From NCBI GenBank assembly GCA_965226885.1, contig CBDDEL010000017.1, positions 544,001 to 608,000 of the forward strand: a DNA stretch of 64,000 nucleotides. Direction: 5' to 3'. Positions 34,713 through 45,999 of this stretch are shown piece by piece. The translations under genes and the position numbers were made by a program. Every line of letters begins with the position of its first letter. The first letter of the stretch is position 1. The DNA is from Opitutales bacterium. GTDB lineage: Bacteria; Verrucomicrobiota; Verrucomicrobiia; Opitutales; UBA2987. Below the pieces are notes generated by a model, which saw nothing but the letters and a program-made list of their open reading frames with translations, made no database searches and was not told the origin of the DNA.

Positions 34713-35741
34713 TTAGTGATGCAGGTCGATGAGGTCGCGCAAAGCCTCTTCTGCCAATGTCAGTGGGTGGGATTGAATGCCTGCCACCAATTGATTGAAT
34801 TTTGGGTAACCGGCTTCCTCCTCATTTTTCCATTCCTGGGCGAATTGGCCTGAGCGAATATGCTCAAGGGCATTTTTCATGCGCTCTTTGGCGGATTCAG
34901 AAAAGGCTTCTGGCGTGCGTGTGATCGTTCCGTATTGCGATGTGCGCGAGTGCAGGTTGGTCAGTTGCTTCAAGTAACCTATTTGCGAGGCCGCTTTCAT
35001 GATTTCGGCAACTTCGCCCGAGCCATACATTTCCATAACCAGCATGCGGGGGTCAGAACCGGCTTCCGTCAAGACATCGAAAGCAGTCAAAAAGGCTTGT
35101 GAAAACAAGGGGAAAAAGGCCTGTTCCATAAAAAGATCGAGGACGGTTTCCTTTTCGAAAGTGGTCTCGATGACGCCGGCCTTGGTGGCCCCGATGCCCT
35201 TGGCCACAGCCAGCATGGTCTGGTGAGCCCGGCCGGAGCCATTCTGCCCCAAGGCAACATAAGCGGGCGCGCCGATACCCTTCTTGTAGGATTCTCGCAC
35301 CACCGCGCCAATCATCCGTGGCGCCACCATGAAGACATCGATTTCCGGTGCCGGTTTGATGAGGCCGAAATGGTAATTGTAGCCATGTGCAAAACAAAGC
35401 GCCTGCCCGGCCCGCAGTTCATTGGCGAGAGATTTTTCGTAAACTTCCCGCTGCACCTCATCCGGTATCAGCATGAGGAAAATATCCGCGGTGGAGACGC
35501 AACCTTCGATGGGGATCACTGCAAATCCGTCTTCCTCCGCCTTTTCGGCGCTGCTGTCGCGTATGCTGGCCACATGCACGGCTACCCCGCTGTCGCGCAG
35601 GTTTAGGGCCTGGGAACGCCCCTGTTTGCCATAGCCGATGACGGCGATTTTTTTTCCTTCGAGGAATTCCAGGTTGGCATCGTTGTCCCTGTAAACCTTA
35701 AGATTGTCTGAGACATTCATGGGGGGCATCATGCGGAGCAA
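34713..35741 (-). CDS. ilvC: Ketol-acid reductoisomerase-like protein (divergent)
   Basis: IGYGKQG.SQALNLRDSG, LIPDE, AHG.N and DLF.EQ motifs. Confidence 0.75.
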   Translation of the reverse strand: MLRMMPPMNVSDNLKVYRDNDANLEFLEGKKIAVIGYGKQGRSQALNLRDSGVAVHVASIRDSSAEKAEEDGFAVIPIEGCVSTADIFLMLIPDEVQREVYEKSLANELRAGQALCFAHGYNYHFGLIKPAPEIDVFMVAPRMIGAVVRESYKKGIGAPAYVALGQNGSGRAHQTMLAVAKGIGATKAGVIETTFEKETVLDLFMEQAFFPLFSQAFLTAFDVLTEAGSDPRMLVMEMYGSGEVAEIMKAASQIGYLKQLTNLHSRTSQYGTITRTPEAFSESAKERMKNALEHIRSGQFAQEWKNEEEAGYPKFNQLVAGIQSHPLTLAEEALRDLIDLHH

Positions 35742-35890
35742 AAATCAGACCTTCAAGCGAGATTTATGGAAAAACTTTTTTGGCTGCGCAAATTCACTAA
35801 TTTTTGTAAATGAATGCGGACGGAGGAACATTTTCCTCTCAAATTCGCTCCTGTAGCCAACGGTCTCTATTTTAAGCTCAAATCTTCTCG

Positions 35891-36667
35891 ATGCCCCAGC
35901 CAGTAATTTGTTTCGGCCAGCAACCCTGCGGATTTTTCCCCCGGCGTTTTCTCTATGCTAAAATCGCTACTGCCCGGCGGCTGCAAAAGGAGATCGGGGG
36001 TGAGATTGTATTCTTTTGCCACGACAGCGACCACGATTGCCGGGAAACGATCACCATTCTGAAAAATTTGAAAACCGGCCAAATTGAACGCCTTAATTTC
36101 GATTCCCCCAATAAAATTCAAAAACGGTTCACACCACTCTATGCCAAAAGAGTGTCTGAGGATTGGAAAATAAAAACCGCTCGTCGGTTGCCTTGTTATG
36201 TGGGGCCTGAGCTGGTGGAAATATTTCAATCGGTGCAAGCCACTGCAGTGGCGGAATTCTGTCTCGAAATGTATCGTGGAATGGGTTTGCTGGAGGGAAT
36301 CAGAGTGGTTAAATCGAGCGATCCGCAATTGAGGCAAAAAGCAATCGAGGTCGGCGATTATTTTGTCGATCTGCCCTACCGGGGAGAATTGGTCAGAGCC
36401 CGCATGCGAAATGGGGGGCTCTTTCTGCACAAGGGCGGACCGGTTTATGAAAAGCTGCCAATGGCCTTTGATAAACCAGCCCGGCAACAAATCAGCCCGA
36501 CCCGCGATACCCGATTGCTCTGGATGCAGTCCATTGTTCAATGCACGCACTACGTTACCGGGGCCGGGGAAATGCAGTACCTTGACCGCACACTAACTCC
36601 TGAGATTAAATTTATCCGCAGGGACGAAATCGAACGCTCTGACGAAGCTTATATCGAATTACCCTGA
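35891..36667 (+). CDS. Hypothetical protein resembling the N-terminal Rossmann domain of BshC
   Basis: FGQQP.GFF....YAKI.TA..L and VFF.HDSDHD motifs. Confidence 0.5.
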   Translation: MPQPVICFGQQPCGFFPRRFLYAKIATARRLQKEIGGEIVFFCHDSDHDCRETITILKNLKTGQIERLNFDSPNKIQKRFTPLYAKRVSEDWKIKTARRLPCYVGPELVEIFQSVQATAVAEFCLEMYRGMGLLEGIRVVKSSDPQLRQKAIEVGDYFVDLPYRGELVRARMRNGGLFLHKGGPVYEKLPMAFDKPARQQISPTRDTRLLWMQSIVQCTHYVTGAGEMQYLDRTLTPEIKFIRRDEIERSDEAYIELP

Positions 36668-36741
36668 TTTTCTGACTTTTACTTATTAGCCAAATGCCTG
36701 ATGCCGAAACAACGGCATCTTTTGCTTTCCTCGATAAAAGC

Positions 36742-36779
36742 GGGTTGAGCCAATACGCCAGGGTTGAGCCAATACGCCA
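36742..36779. repeat. 19-bp tandem duplication gggttgagccaatacgcca x2
   Basis: Exact and intergenic. Confidence 0.92.
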
Positions 36780-36794
36780 GAAGCCATGCCCCGC

Positions 36795-37289
36795 TTAATT
36801 CGAGACAATGAATATCGGGAGGTTGCGGCGGCCCAGTTGGAACAACCCGGAGTTTAGATCTCCATCGTCGATCATTTCGTCGATGAGACCCAGTTGATCC
36901 ATCGTCACAATAATCTGGTTGTCGTCCGAATCGGCGATGGAAATTACCGCCTCATAAACGGTTCCGCCATGGTTGGCATTCTTGTCCCAGTTGTAATTTC
37001 CGCCGATGGGTGTTTTGCGTGTCCAGGCGGTCTCCATCAAATAGCCTTCCATGCCGGGAGGAAATGCGTCAGAAGAGCCCTGGTCGTCAGGCCAGATACC
37101 ATTTTCGCCGGCATACTGGTGGAAGGCGCCGGCAAAAACCCTCAGGTCTTTAATAATAATATTGTTCCGGGTTGTCAGGATCAGTTGGCTGGCCGCCGGA
37201 ATAGCCAAAGATATGAGAATGCCCGTTATAACGACGACAACCATTATCTCGAGCAAGGTAAAGCCACGGCTTTTGTTTTTCGGCAACAT
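36795..37289 (-). CDS. Type II secretion pseudopilin / type IV pilin-like protein
   Basis: Prepilin cleavage motif RG|FTLLEIMVVVVI. Confidence 0.85.
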   Translation of the reverse strand: MLPKNKSRGFTLLEIMVVVVITGILISLAIPAASQLILTTRNNIIIKDLRVFAGAFHQYAGENGIWPDDQGSSDAFPPGMEGYLMETAWTRKTPIGGNYNWDKNANHGGTVYEAVISIADSDDNQIIVTMDQLGLIDEMIDDGDLNSGLFQLGRRNLPIFIVSN

Positions 37290-37326
37290 TGTTACTTTTA
37301 AGTGGAAAACGGCCAATACTAAATTA

Positions 37327-39151
37327 GAGGCTGTCCCAAAAATATAAAGATTTTATAGTCAACTGGATGACGTTGATAAAAAGAGCCGGAAAGAGCAAGT
37401 TTTTGCTCGATCCGGCCAAAAAAGGGTTCTATAATTGAGTTAGCGAAAATCAATATAGCCCTTTCTATGTCTATGAAAAATATAGCCATCCAATGCCTCC
37501 TGCGTCCAGCTTTAACTGTGGTCGACCGGTGCCTCGATGACGATAACTTCCGCGCCACCATTGATCGAATCGATCGGCTGCTGATCGACTCGGAGGTGGA
37601 ATCGCAGGCCATTGAGCTGGCCTTGGAGGGGTGGCCGCCAATGGGTCTAAAGGCCCGGCGGCAGCGGGCCAGTTTTGCCATCAAGGCACTGCGCATGGAT
37701 ACGCTGGGCCGTCTGCTCGGAGGGATTTCGTTTCGGCATTTGTCGCGGGCTCTGGGCAGCAGCGATCTGTTGGCCGACTTTTGCCGTGTCCGGCAGATCG
37801 ATGGCATCAGGGGCATCTCCAAAAGCACCCTGGAGCGGGCCTCGAAGTTTTTCAGCGAAGAGCAGTTGAGGGCCTTGCACCGGACCTTGACTGAGGTGGT
37901 GGGCGATGCCCTTCTGGCCCGGCAGGTGGGATTGGACAAGCCGATTGACACCACCATTTGCCTGATCGACGGCACCTGTTTGGAGGCTAACATTCATTGG
38001 CCGACGGACTGGGTATTACTCAAGGATGTAGCCGGCACGTTGCTCAAAGCGATCCGGCTGATCCGCGAGAAGGCCGGTTTGCGCCATCGCATGCCGATCG
38101 AACCGGAGCCCTTGGCTCGGCAGATGAATCGGCTGTGCATACAGATGACCCACAGCCGGCGGCGAAAGGACAGCGCGCGGCAGCGCAAGGGTATCTTGAG
38201 GCAGATGAAAAAGCTGCTCAAACGGATCGGGGAGCATGCCCGCAGTCACCGGGAATTATTGCAAGCCTGCTGGGAGCAAAGCGATTACAGCGAAAAACAG
38301 GTCCAACAGATCCTCGCCCGGATGGAGCGCATGAGCGAGCAAATCCCGGTGGTCATCAAACAGGCGCACGAGCGGATCATTGGCGGCCGGCAGGTGAAAA
38401 ACGCAGAGAAAGTCTTGAGTGTTTACGAACTCGATGGGCAGGTGATTGTGCGAGGTAAAGCGGGCCAAGAGGTCGAGTTCGGCAACACCCTGTTTTTGGG
38501 AGAAAGCGTTGAAGGGTACCTGCTGGACTGGAAACTCTACGGCAGCCGAACTCCAAGCGAAAATGAACAAATGCTAGAGAGTTTGCAAAGACAGAACCGC
38601 TTCAACCTGGAAGAACCCATAGCGGCCATGTGCGCGGACCGGGGATTTGCCTCCCAGCGGGCCCGCCGGCAGTTAGCCCAGGAGGGAATCTACGACGCGC
38701 TCTGTCCACGCGATCCGAAGCAGTTGAAAAAACGGAGGGAGGAACCACTGTTCAGACAATTGCAAAAGCGCCGGGCCAGCACCGAAGGGCGGATCGGGGT
38801 ATTGAAGAATCGCTGGCAGGCCGGGCGGTTGCGCAGCAAAGGCTTTGCCAACCGCTCGATCAGCGTAGCCTGGTCGGTACTCTCGCACAACCTATGGAAA
38901 GTAGCCAAGATGCTGGCCCAGCAAGACGAACTAAAAACCAAAGCGGCGGCCTAGAGAGAGCGGAAAAGCAAGGACAATACTTTTTCACAGCCGTACTGTC
39001 GGCTCATACAAAGAAAACCAGGCAACCGGACCCCAAAACCAGTATCCTAACGTCATAGGAGAGCAAAGTTGATACTCTCCCAAATGCAAATACCTCTAAA
39101 ATGAGCGCCTATCAAAAGCCCTCGCAAAAATCACCCTTTTGGGACAGCCTC
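37327..39151 (+). mobile_element. IS5-like element
   Basis: 15-bp perfect IRs gaggctgtcccaaaa / ttttgggacagcctc, with TA on both sides. The boundary is ambiguous by 1 nt. Confidence 0.88.
37467..38954 (+). CDS. IS5-like DDE transposase (495 aa)
   Basis: IDGTCLEANI.WPTD, IVRGKAG.EVEFG, ADRGF and R..TEG.IG..K motifs. Confidence 0.85.
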   Translation: MSMKNIAIQCLLRPALTVVDRCLDDDNFRATIDRIDRLLIDSEVESQAIELALEGWPPMGLKARRQRASFAIKALRMDTLGRLLGGISFRHLSRALGSSDLLADFCRVRQIDGIRGISKSTLERASKFFSEEQLRALHRTLTEVVGDALLARQVGLDKPIDTTICLIDGTCLEANIHWPTDWVLLKDVAGTLLKAIRLIREKAGLRHRMPIEPEPLARQMNRLCIQMTHSRRRKDSARQRKGILRQMKKLLKRIGEHARSHRELLQACWEQSDYSEKQVQQILARMERMSEQIPVVIKQAHERIIGGRQVKNAEKVLSVYELDGQVIVRGKAGQEVEFGNTLFLGESVEGYLLDWKLYGSRTPSENEQMLESLQRQNRFNLEEPIAAMCADRGFASQRARRQLAQEGIYDALCPRDPKQLKKRREEPLFRQLQKRRASTEGRIGVLKNRWQAGRLRSKGFANRSISVAWSVLSHNLWKVAKMLAQQDELKTKAAA

Positions 39152-39158
39152 TAACTAA

Positions 39159-40726
39159 CCCGGATATTTCATGAAGGGTAAAGTTTGGCTCGTTATTGCT
39201 ATTGGAGATGGATTTCTTTGTATTTTGAGCAGATCGTCTTGATTTTTAGGTGTTTTTCAGGGTGTAGAGACACTGCCCCCTTTCCCCCATTGGTTCGGTA
39301 GTGCCGGGGGCAGCACCAATGCACCCTTTAGGTTGGCACCAATCGGCGGGCCGCATGGTTGAAAAGACTGGCCCAAGGATAACTCTCACTTAGGTGAAAG
39401 TGAATCGTTCGGGTGTTGCGCACGATGACCGCTCCGATCTTGATTAATTTGAGCCGCAGGGTGTGGCATTGGGCCCGCGCCCACTTCGTCCCTTTTAAGG
39501 CTAACCGGCGCATGGCTTCCATCAAGGTGTAGGCCAGCGCCGACAAGAGCAATCGCCACTGATTGGCCCACCATTGATGGGCGCTGGTGCGCTCGCTGAA
39601 CAATTGCATCTGTTCCTTGATTCGGTTCTCCATTTCACCGCGGCCACAGTATACCTTGTCGTAAAGCTCCTGGGGATCGCCCGGCAGGTTCGTCACCACG
39701 AAGCGCGGGTTGGACCCCTGTGCGGTGTGTTCGGCTTTATGGATGACCAACCGCAGCCATCGCCACGAATCGGCAGCATAGACGAAGTCCTGGAATAACC
39801 GTTGTTTTTTACCCCTTAGTTCGAACCATTCTTTGGCCTGCTTTTGCAACTGCTGGGCGTCTTGCTGCAAGCGTGCATTGCGAGCCATCCCCACGATGTA
39901 ACTAACTTCGTTGCGGTCGCACCAAGAGAGTATCCGGTCTCGACAAAATCCACTGTCGGCGCGCCAAATACTCCGCGTACGGGGCCAGCTTTGGCGAATC
40001 CGTTTAACCAGCAATTTGAGGATGGCCCCGGCATGCTTGCTGGCATCGATCTTGCTCGGCCGCAGGTAGGCCACCAGCAGCTGATCACCGCAAAAAACAT
40101 ATAGCGGCAGAAAACAGTAATGATCATAATAACCGTGGAAAAAACGTCCCTCCTGGAGCCCGTGCACCGGATTGTCGGTGGCGTCAAAGTCCAGGATGAT
40201 CTCTTCGGGTTCCTCGGCAAAGGAGCCCATGAACTGTTCGACCAACAGCTCGTTTACCGCAAAGGCCGCCCGCCGATCCTGCCCGTTTTCAAAACGACAC
40301 AAAGTCGGCGCGCTGGCCAACGTTTCAATGCGCCCCGTTACCGTTTGCTAACAATGGATCGTGGCGCAGGGTATCAAAGTCGTTCAAATCCTCATAGCCC
40401 GCCACCAGCCCGTAAACGCGCTGCCGCAGCATCCCCAATACCTCATGGCGTACTTTGCCCTTCTGCCGTTTGTCCACTAACTGTCGGGCCGCTCGTTCGG
40501 TCAAGCCCAACTGCCGATCCACTTCCCGGATCAAAAGCAGTCCGGCATCCGAAGTAACCTCTCCGCCCTTGAAATCAACCCGCACACGGCGGCCTTTTAC
40601 CCTTGTCAACTGTAGCTTTAATTGTTTACCTTTTGTCATCGCTGATATTGCTTTAATTATTGATCTATCCTGCTGTATATCAGCAGTTAAGCATATCAAC
40701 GATACTTTTTTTACGAAATATCCGGG
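39159..40726 (-). mobile_element. IS1380-family copy with a +1 frameshift near 40349 and mismatched flanks ctaa / ttag
   Basis: Both IRs present, 1568 bp. gtttgcTaaca versus gtttgcaaca in the other copies. Confidence 0.93.
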
Positions 40727-41984
40727 TTAGTATAGAGTTCAAAAATGAGGCAGTTCAACTGATGATACTCGATGGTCTGAGCGCCACCGAGGTATCGACC
40801 AAACTTGGGGTCAACACCAACCAATTGTATAGGTGGAAGAGGCTCTATCTGGACGATCAGCAGGGCGAAGCCACCTCAAAGCGACAGAGCAGTCCGAAGG
40901 AGATGGCGGCCGAGATAGATCGTCTTCGCAAAGAGCTGCGCCGCTCGGAGCGGATCAACCAGATACTAAAAAAAACGGTGGGCTACTTTGCCAAGGACGA
41001 ACAATGAAGTACCAGTTTGTCAAAGACAACGAGGGGCGCTTCAAGATCGAGGAGATATGCTCGGCGATGGGGATTTGTCGCAGTGGCTATTACTGCTGGA
41101 GGCACCGAGCGCCCTCGGCCCGGCGGATCGAGGACGAGGGAATCAAGGGGGCGATCCTGAAGGTACACAAAGAGGCCAAGGGCCGCTATGGGCATCGGCC
41201 AATGCACCGCCATCTGAAGGATGATGAGGGCATCGATTGCGGCCGTGACCGGGCTCTGCGTCTGATGCGTGAAATGGGAATCAAAAGCACCCAGAGTAAA
41301 CGCTTTAAGCCATTAAAAACCAACAGTAACCATCCCTATGGTTACAGCCCCAATGTGCTTAAAAAGCATGGCCAGCCGACCCATATCGGCGAGGTCTGGG
41401 TGGCGGACACGACCTACCTACGGACCCTGGGCGGTTGGATGTACTTGGCCACGGTGATGGACCTGTTCAGCCGACGCCTGCTGGGCTGGAGCGTTTCCAA
41501 CCACAACGACGCGAAGCTGGTTGGCAAGGCCCTCAAAGCCGCGGCCATGACCCGCGGCACACTGCGCACCGGGATTATTCATCACAGCGATCGGGGCAGC
41601 CCCTACGCCAGCGACGACTATCAGAGGCTGGTCTCTGAACTAGGCATGAAGCCGAGCATGAGCGCCCAAGGCAACTGCTACGACAACGCGGCCATGGAAT
41701 CGTTCTACGGCCGCTTCAAGACCAGCACGATTCGAGGCCGCCACTTTGCCGACGAGCGCGAACTGCGATCAACTGTCTTCGAATACGTGGAAATCTTCTA
41801 CAACCGATATCGCAAACATTCCTCTCTGAGTTACCAAAGCCCAGTCCAATTCGAGGAAAATATTTGCCCCCCATGGGGGGCAACGAGAAAACAAAACCCT
41901 TTACCAAAACAAGCCGCCTGACACACTAATCAATAAACAATGAATATAAGAGAATCCCGTGTCCAACAAATCCAGTACACGTCA
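40727..41984 (+). mobile_element. IS3-family element copy 6, left end lost at an IS1380 junction (orfB 41004-41921)
   Basis: Begins at ttagtatagag inside orfA. IRR intact. Confidence 0.93.
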
Positions 41985-42587
41985 ATCAGGAATGAAATTC
42001 AAAAACAATGCGGCACCCATACCGGTGGCCAAAAGAATTAAACCTTTTTTGAGGTCCGTATTTGGGCCGCTCACCTTTTCCTTTTTTTGCTGAATCAAGA
42101 GGTGGGGTGGGATTTCCACGCCTTTTTCCACCATCTTCGCAATGGAGGCGTGGACCAATTTCTTTTCCCGATAAGAGAAATACACCAGGCCGCCAACTAT
42201 GAGAACAGGTGTAAAAAACACAGTGCCCACAATCACGGGTGGAAGCAATATAGACTCCCAATCCGTGCTGTTCCAACGCTCAGTCCGCAATTCTTCCTTC
42301 TGCATCAATAACTGATGCAACTGCTCGGGACTGAGTTTATTGAGTATTTCCATTTCTTCGGCATTGTATTCCTGGCCGAAAATTTCAGTCGTCTTATTTT
42401 CTGATGAATTTTCATCCGCCGTTGGGGCTTCGGTATTTTGGGCCGCCTCCCCGGATGCTTGCTGGGCAATCACCATACCCGGCGTTAATCCGAGCATTAG
42501 AAATATTGCGATTGTGAATATAAACGCCCTTGGCAGCATCGTATTTATTCTTCCGGTTTTTCTGTGATGATTTTGGTTCATTGACAA
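41985..42587 (-). pseudogene. DUF6249-like membrane protein, C-terminus truncated by IS3
   Basis: TM helix, H..I..MVEKG.EIP and DLKKGLILLA.G.G motifs. The stop codon is the IS terminal TGA. Confidence 0.65.
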
Positions 42588-42708
42588 GCCTCGATATTTA
42601 GGAATTCGATGGGTTTACTCCTAAAACGCAGTCCGAAGCTTGTTTAGATTCAAAATAATTCACCGAAACGGAATAAATAGGCTCTAACCCGGGGAAAGAA
42701 AATCCAAA

Positions 42709-43689
42709 TTAAAGCATTTCCTCGACCAGAGCATGTTCCTCGGCCAATTCCGCGACAGAAGCATCGATCTTGCTCCGGCTGAAATCGTTGATTTCGAGCC
42801 CTTGGACAATTTCCCAGTTTTGACCGTCCGTTCGCACCGGAAATGATGTAATGAGCCCCTCGTGGGTTCCATAGCTGCCGTCCGAACAGACGCACACACT
42901 GTTCCAATCGCCATGCGGGGTCGGGTTTGTCAAGGAACGCACGGTATCGACAATGGCATTGGCCGCGGAGGCAGCGGAAGACAGCCCGCGCGCCTTGATG
43001 ATGGCGGCGCCGCGCTTTTGCACCGTCGGTATAAACACCTCCTTGAGCCATTGCTTGTCGGCAATGACTTCATGGGCGGGATTGCCGTCTATCCTGGCAT
43101 TAAAAAAATCCGGATACTGGGTGGCGGAATGATTACCCCAAATGGTCATATTGCTGACCGCCGTGATCTCTTGGCCCGCTTTCCCGGCGAGTTGATACTT
43201 GGCCCGATTTTCGTCCAGTCTGGTCATGGCAAACCAGCGATCGCGCGGAACCTCGCGGGCATTGTTCATGGCGATCAGGCAATTGGTGTTGCAGGGATTT
43301 CCGACAACCAGGGTTCGCACATTGGAGGCCGCGTATTTGGCGATGGCCTTCCCTTGTCCGACAAAAATTTTGCCGTTGATTCCCAGCAAGTCGCCGCGTT
43401 CCATGCCGGCCTTGCGGGACACGCTTCCCACCAGCAGGCACCAGTTGGCGCCACGGAAACCTTCATCCAAATCCGCCGTTGGAACTACTTCCCGCAGCAG
43501 GGGGAAAGCGCCGTCGTTCAATTCCATGACCACGCCGCCAAGGGCATCCAGAGCTGGCGGAATCTCGATCAGGTTGAGGCTGACCGGCTGGTCCGAACCG
43601 AATAGAGCGCCCGAGGCAATTCTGAAAACAAGGGCGTAACCAATTTGCCCGGCGGCGCCGGTGACAGCAACTCGAATAGGATTTTTCAT
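42709..43689 (-). CDS. mdh: Malate dehydrogenase (type 2)
   Basis: [30 protein letters not shown] and SSAASAANA motifs. Confidence 0.96.
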   Translation of the reverse strand: MKNPIRVAVTGAAGQIGYALVFRIASGALFGSDQPVSLNLIEIPPALDALGGVVMELNDGAFPLLREVVPTADLDEGFRGANWCLLVGSVSRKAGMERGDLLGINGKIFVGQGKAIAKYAASNVRTLVVGNPCNTNCLIAMNNAREVPRDRWFAMTRLDENRAKYQLAGKAGQEITAVSNMTIWGNHSATQYPDFFNARIDGNPAHEVIADKQWLKEVFIPTVQKRGAAIIKARGLSSAASAANAIVDTVRSLTNPTPHGDWNSVCVCSDGSYGTHEGLITSFPVRTDGQNWEIVQGLEINDFSRSKIDASVAELAEEHALVEEML

Positions 43690-43728
43690 AATTTATTATA
43701 CAGGTGTAAACAAATTTGGTAATCAACT

Positions 43729-44760
43729 TCAAAGATTTTTGTATTCGCCCAGGATCGATTCACGAGTCTGGTCCCACCCCATGCAGGCATCCGTAATCGA
43801 TTGGCCATAGCGCAAATTTTCCATTGGTTGGGGAAAAGTTTGATTTCCCGCCACCAGGTTGCTTTCCAGCATTAATCCAAAAACAGGGCCGGATTGCTGT
43901 TCGAGAACCTGGTGAAAAACCTCCGGTTGCCTGGCTGCATCCTTGCCGCTGTTGCCGTGGCTGCAATCAATCATAATTGTTGGCGGCAGACCGGCTTTGA
44001 GCAAATGATCTCTCGTTTTTTCCACATCCTTAGGACTGTAATTGGGGCCTTGATCGCCCCCGCGCAGAATAATGTGGGAGTAAGGATTACCCCTCGTGGT
44101 GACCGCCGAAGCCAGCCCCTGGTGGCTGACGCCGAGAAATGTCTGGGGTTCACGGGCGGCCTTAATGGCATTTATGGCCGGAAGTATTTCACCCGAGGTG
44201 CCATTCTTTATCCCCAGCGGCATGGACAAACCCGATGCCATCTGACGATGGACCTGCGATTCCGCGGTACGCGCGCCGATGGCGCTCCAGCAAATCAAAT
44301 CGGCGATATACTGCGGTGTTATGGGGTCGAGCAGCTCAGTCGCCGTGGGCAGTCCGAGGTCGAGGACTTCGCGAAGAAAATTACGGGCCGATTTCAAACC
44401 ATTAGGAATATCGCAACTGCCGTCCAGGTGCGGGTCCATTATCAACCCCTTCCAACCCACCGTAGTGCGCGGTTTTTCAAAATAGACCCGCATGACAATC
44501 ATCATTTTACCGGCAACTTCCCGGGCCAATACGGCTAGTTTTCGAGCGTATTCCCTGCCCCCCGCAACGTCGTGGATGGAGCAGGGGCCGACGATGATTA
44601 ACAATCGGGAGTCTTTACCGGAAAGGATATTGCCAATTTCCATTCTTGCCTCGGCCACGAAATTCCCTTGCTTATGAGAGCAGGGAAGCTCTCGACAGAG
44701 ATATTCCGGCGACGGTAAAACAGCCGTTTCAACTATGTTAATGTCGGAAACCTGAGACAT
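43729..44760 (-). CDS. 3-deoxy-7-phosphoheptulonate (DAHP) synthase, class I alpha
   Basis: GPCSIHD, KPRTTVGWKG, IGARTAESQ.HR and DCSHGNS motifs. Confidence 0.94.
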   Translation of the reverse strand: MSQVSDINIVETAVLPSPEYLCRELPCSHKQGNFVAEARMEIGNILSGKDSRLLIIVGPCSIHDVAGGREYARKLAVLAREVAGKMMIVMRVYFEKPRTTVGWKGLIMDPHLDGSCDIPNGLKSARNFLREVLDLGLPTATELLDPITPQYIADLICWSAIGARTAESQVHRQMASGLSMPLGIKNGTSGEILPAINAIKAAREPQTFLGVSHQGLASAVTTRGNPYSHIILRGGDQGPNYSPKDVEKTRDHLLKAGLPPTIMIDCSHGNSGKDAARQPEVFHQVLEQQSGPVFGLMLESNLVAGNQTFPQPMENLRYGQSITDACMGWDQTRESILGEYKNL

Positions 44761-44910
44761 GATGCGGAAAATACTAATGCGGGTTCAAAATTTCAAAGTT
44801 GGTTCTTTCCGATTTTGGAGCAAGTTTAAAAAGGACGGGGATTGCGCGCGCCGGAATTTCCCCATGACGAAATTATTCGGCGCATGTTTACACGTTACCT
44901 TGGAAAAAAA

Positions 44911-45849
44911 ATGAGCGCCTTGAAATTCTGCCAAACGAGCCCGTCGGCATGGATTCGGACAGAGGGCGAGGATGCCCCGGGTTTTTTGCAAAGCCAGTTC
45001 AGCAACGATTTGGGAAAAAATCTCGAGCAAGCCGTCGTTTATGGGCTCTGGCTCGACCGCAAGGGCAAGGTACAGGGAGACAGTTTTGTCCATCAGGCGG
45101 CAAAGGAAACTTTCTACTTGTTCAGTTATTTTTCGACCGCTGAAACGATTTTGGAAAGGCTGAACTCAAACATCGTGGCCGACGATGTGGATTTGCAGGA
45201 TGAGACCGACTCGGTTGCCAGCATCTCATGGTGGGGAGACGGAGCGGGTGAATTCCTTGAATATCTAAACCTGGATCAGCCCCCAGCGGAAAAATTTCTG
45301 TCTATTTCATCCGGATATGTGATTTCGGGTCGTCGATCGGCTCATAAAAATTTTGATTTAATCATAGCAAAAGAGAAATCCGGCGAAGTGCGGGAGAAAA
45401 TCAACGATTTTGGCCGGGAGCGATCCATCCAATGGGTAGGGGCGGAGGAGTTGCAGCTTGAGCGCATATTGTCTGAAATTCCGTCCGTGCCCGGTGATAT
45501 AGGCCCCGCGGATCTTCCTCAGGAAGGCGGCTTGGAAAAAGACGCCGTTTGTTTTCAAAAAGGTTGTTTTCTGGGACAGGAAGTCATGGCGAGGCTGCAA
45601 TATGGCGGTACGTCCCGCCGCCGGCTTTATCAAGTGCGCTCAATCGGATGGTTGGAGCTTCCCTCGCTCCCTTGCGAACTCTACATCGGCGCTGTTTCTG
45701 CCGGTCAGCTCAGGAGCGTCGCCACTTCTGAGAGTGGATTGAGCGGTCTGGCTTTATTGAAAACGGCGCAAATTGATGAAACAACTCGATTTAGCCTGTC
45801 GCCGGGAGGCACTTCTGATCTCGAAATTCAGGCAATCGGCGCGAAATAG
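44911..45849 (+). CDS. YgfZ/GcvT-like folate-binding protein
   Basis: G.DA..FLQ.Q.SND and KGCFLGQEV motifs. Start placed at MSALK. Confidence 0.88.
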   Translation: MSALKFCQTSPSAWIRTEGEDAPGFLQSQFSNDLGKNLEQAVVYGLWLDRKGKVQGDSFVHQAAKETFYLFSYFSTAETILERLNSNIVADDVDLQDETDSVASISWWGDGAGEFLEYLNLDQPPAEKFLSISSGYVISGRRSAHKNFDLIIAKEKSGEVREKINDFGRERSIQWVGAEELQLERILSEIPSVPGDIGPADLPQEGGLEKDAVCFQKGCFLGQEVMARLQYGGTSRRRLYQVRSIGWLELPSLPCELYIGAVSAGQLRSVATSESGLSGLALLKTAQIDETTRFSLSPGGTSDLEIQAIGAK

Positions 45850-45999
45850 GCCGTTATTTGCCTTTAATTTAACAGAATGGCCAAGAATTTGTAAAGAAAT
45901 CGAAAGAATTTCCGTTTTGTATTGACGGGAATAATCCAACCCAATTCTTTTTTCAACGTAAGCTTCTTAATTGAAAATCATACCACAAAAGGAATCTCT

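Noticed and set aside
40660..41007. Novel IS1380-IS3 fusion protein
   Set aside because: Junction artefact of antisense IS1380 end sequence joined to truncated orfA.
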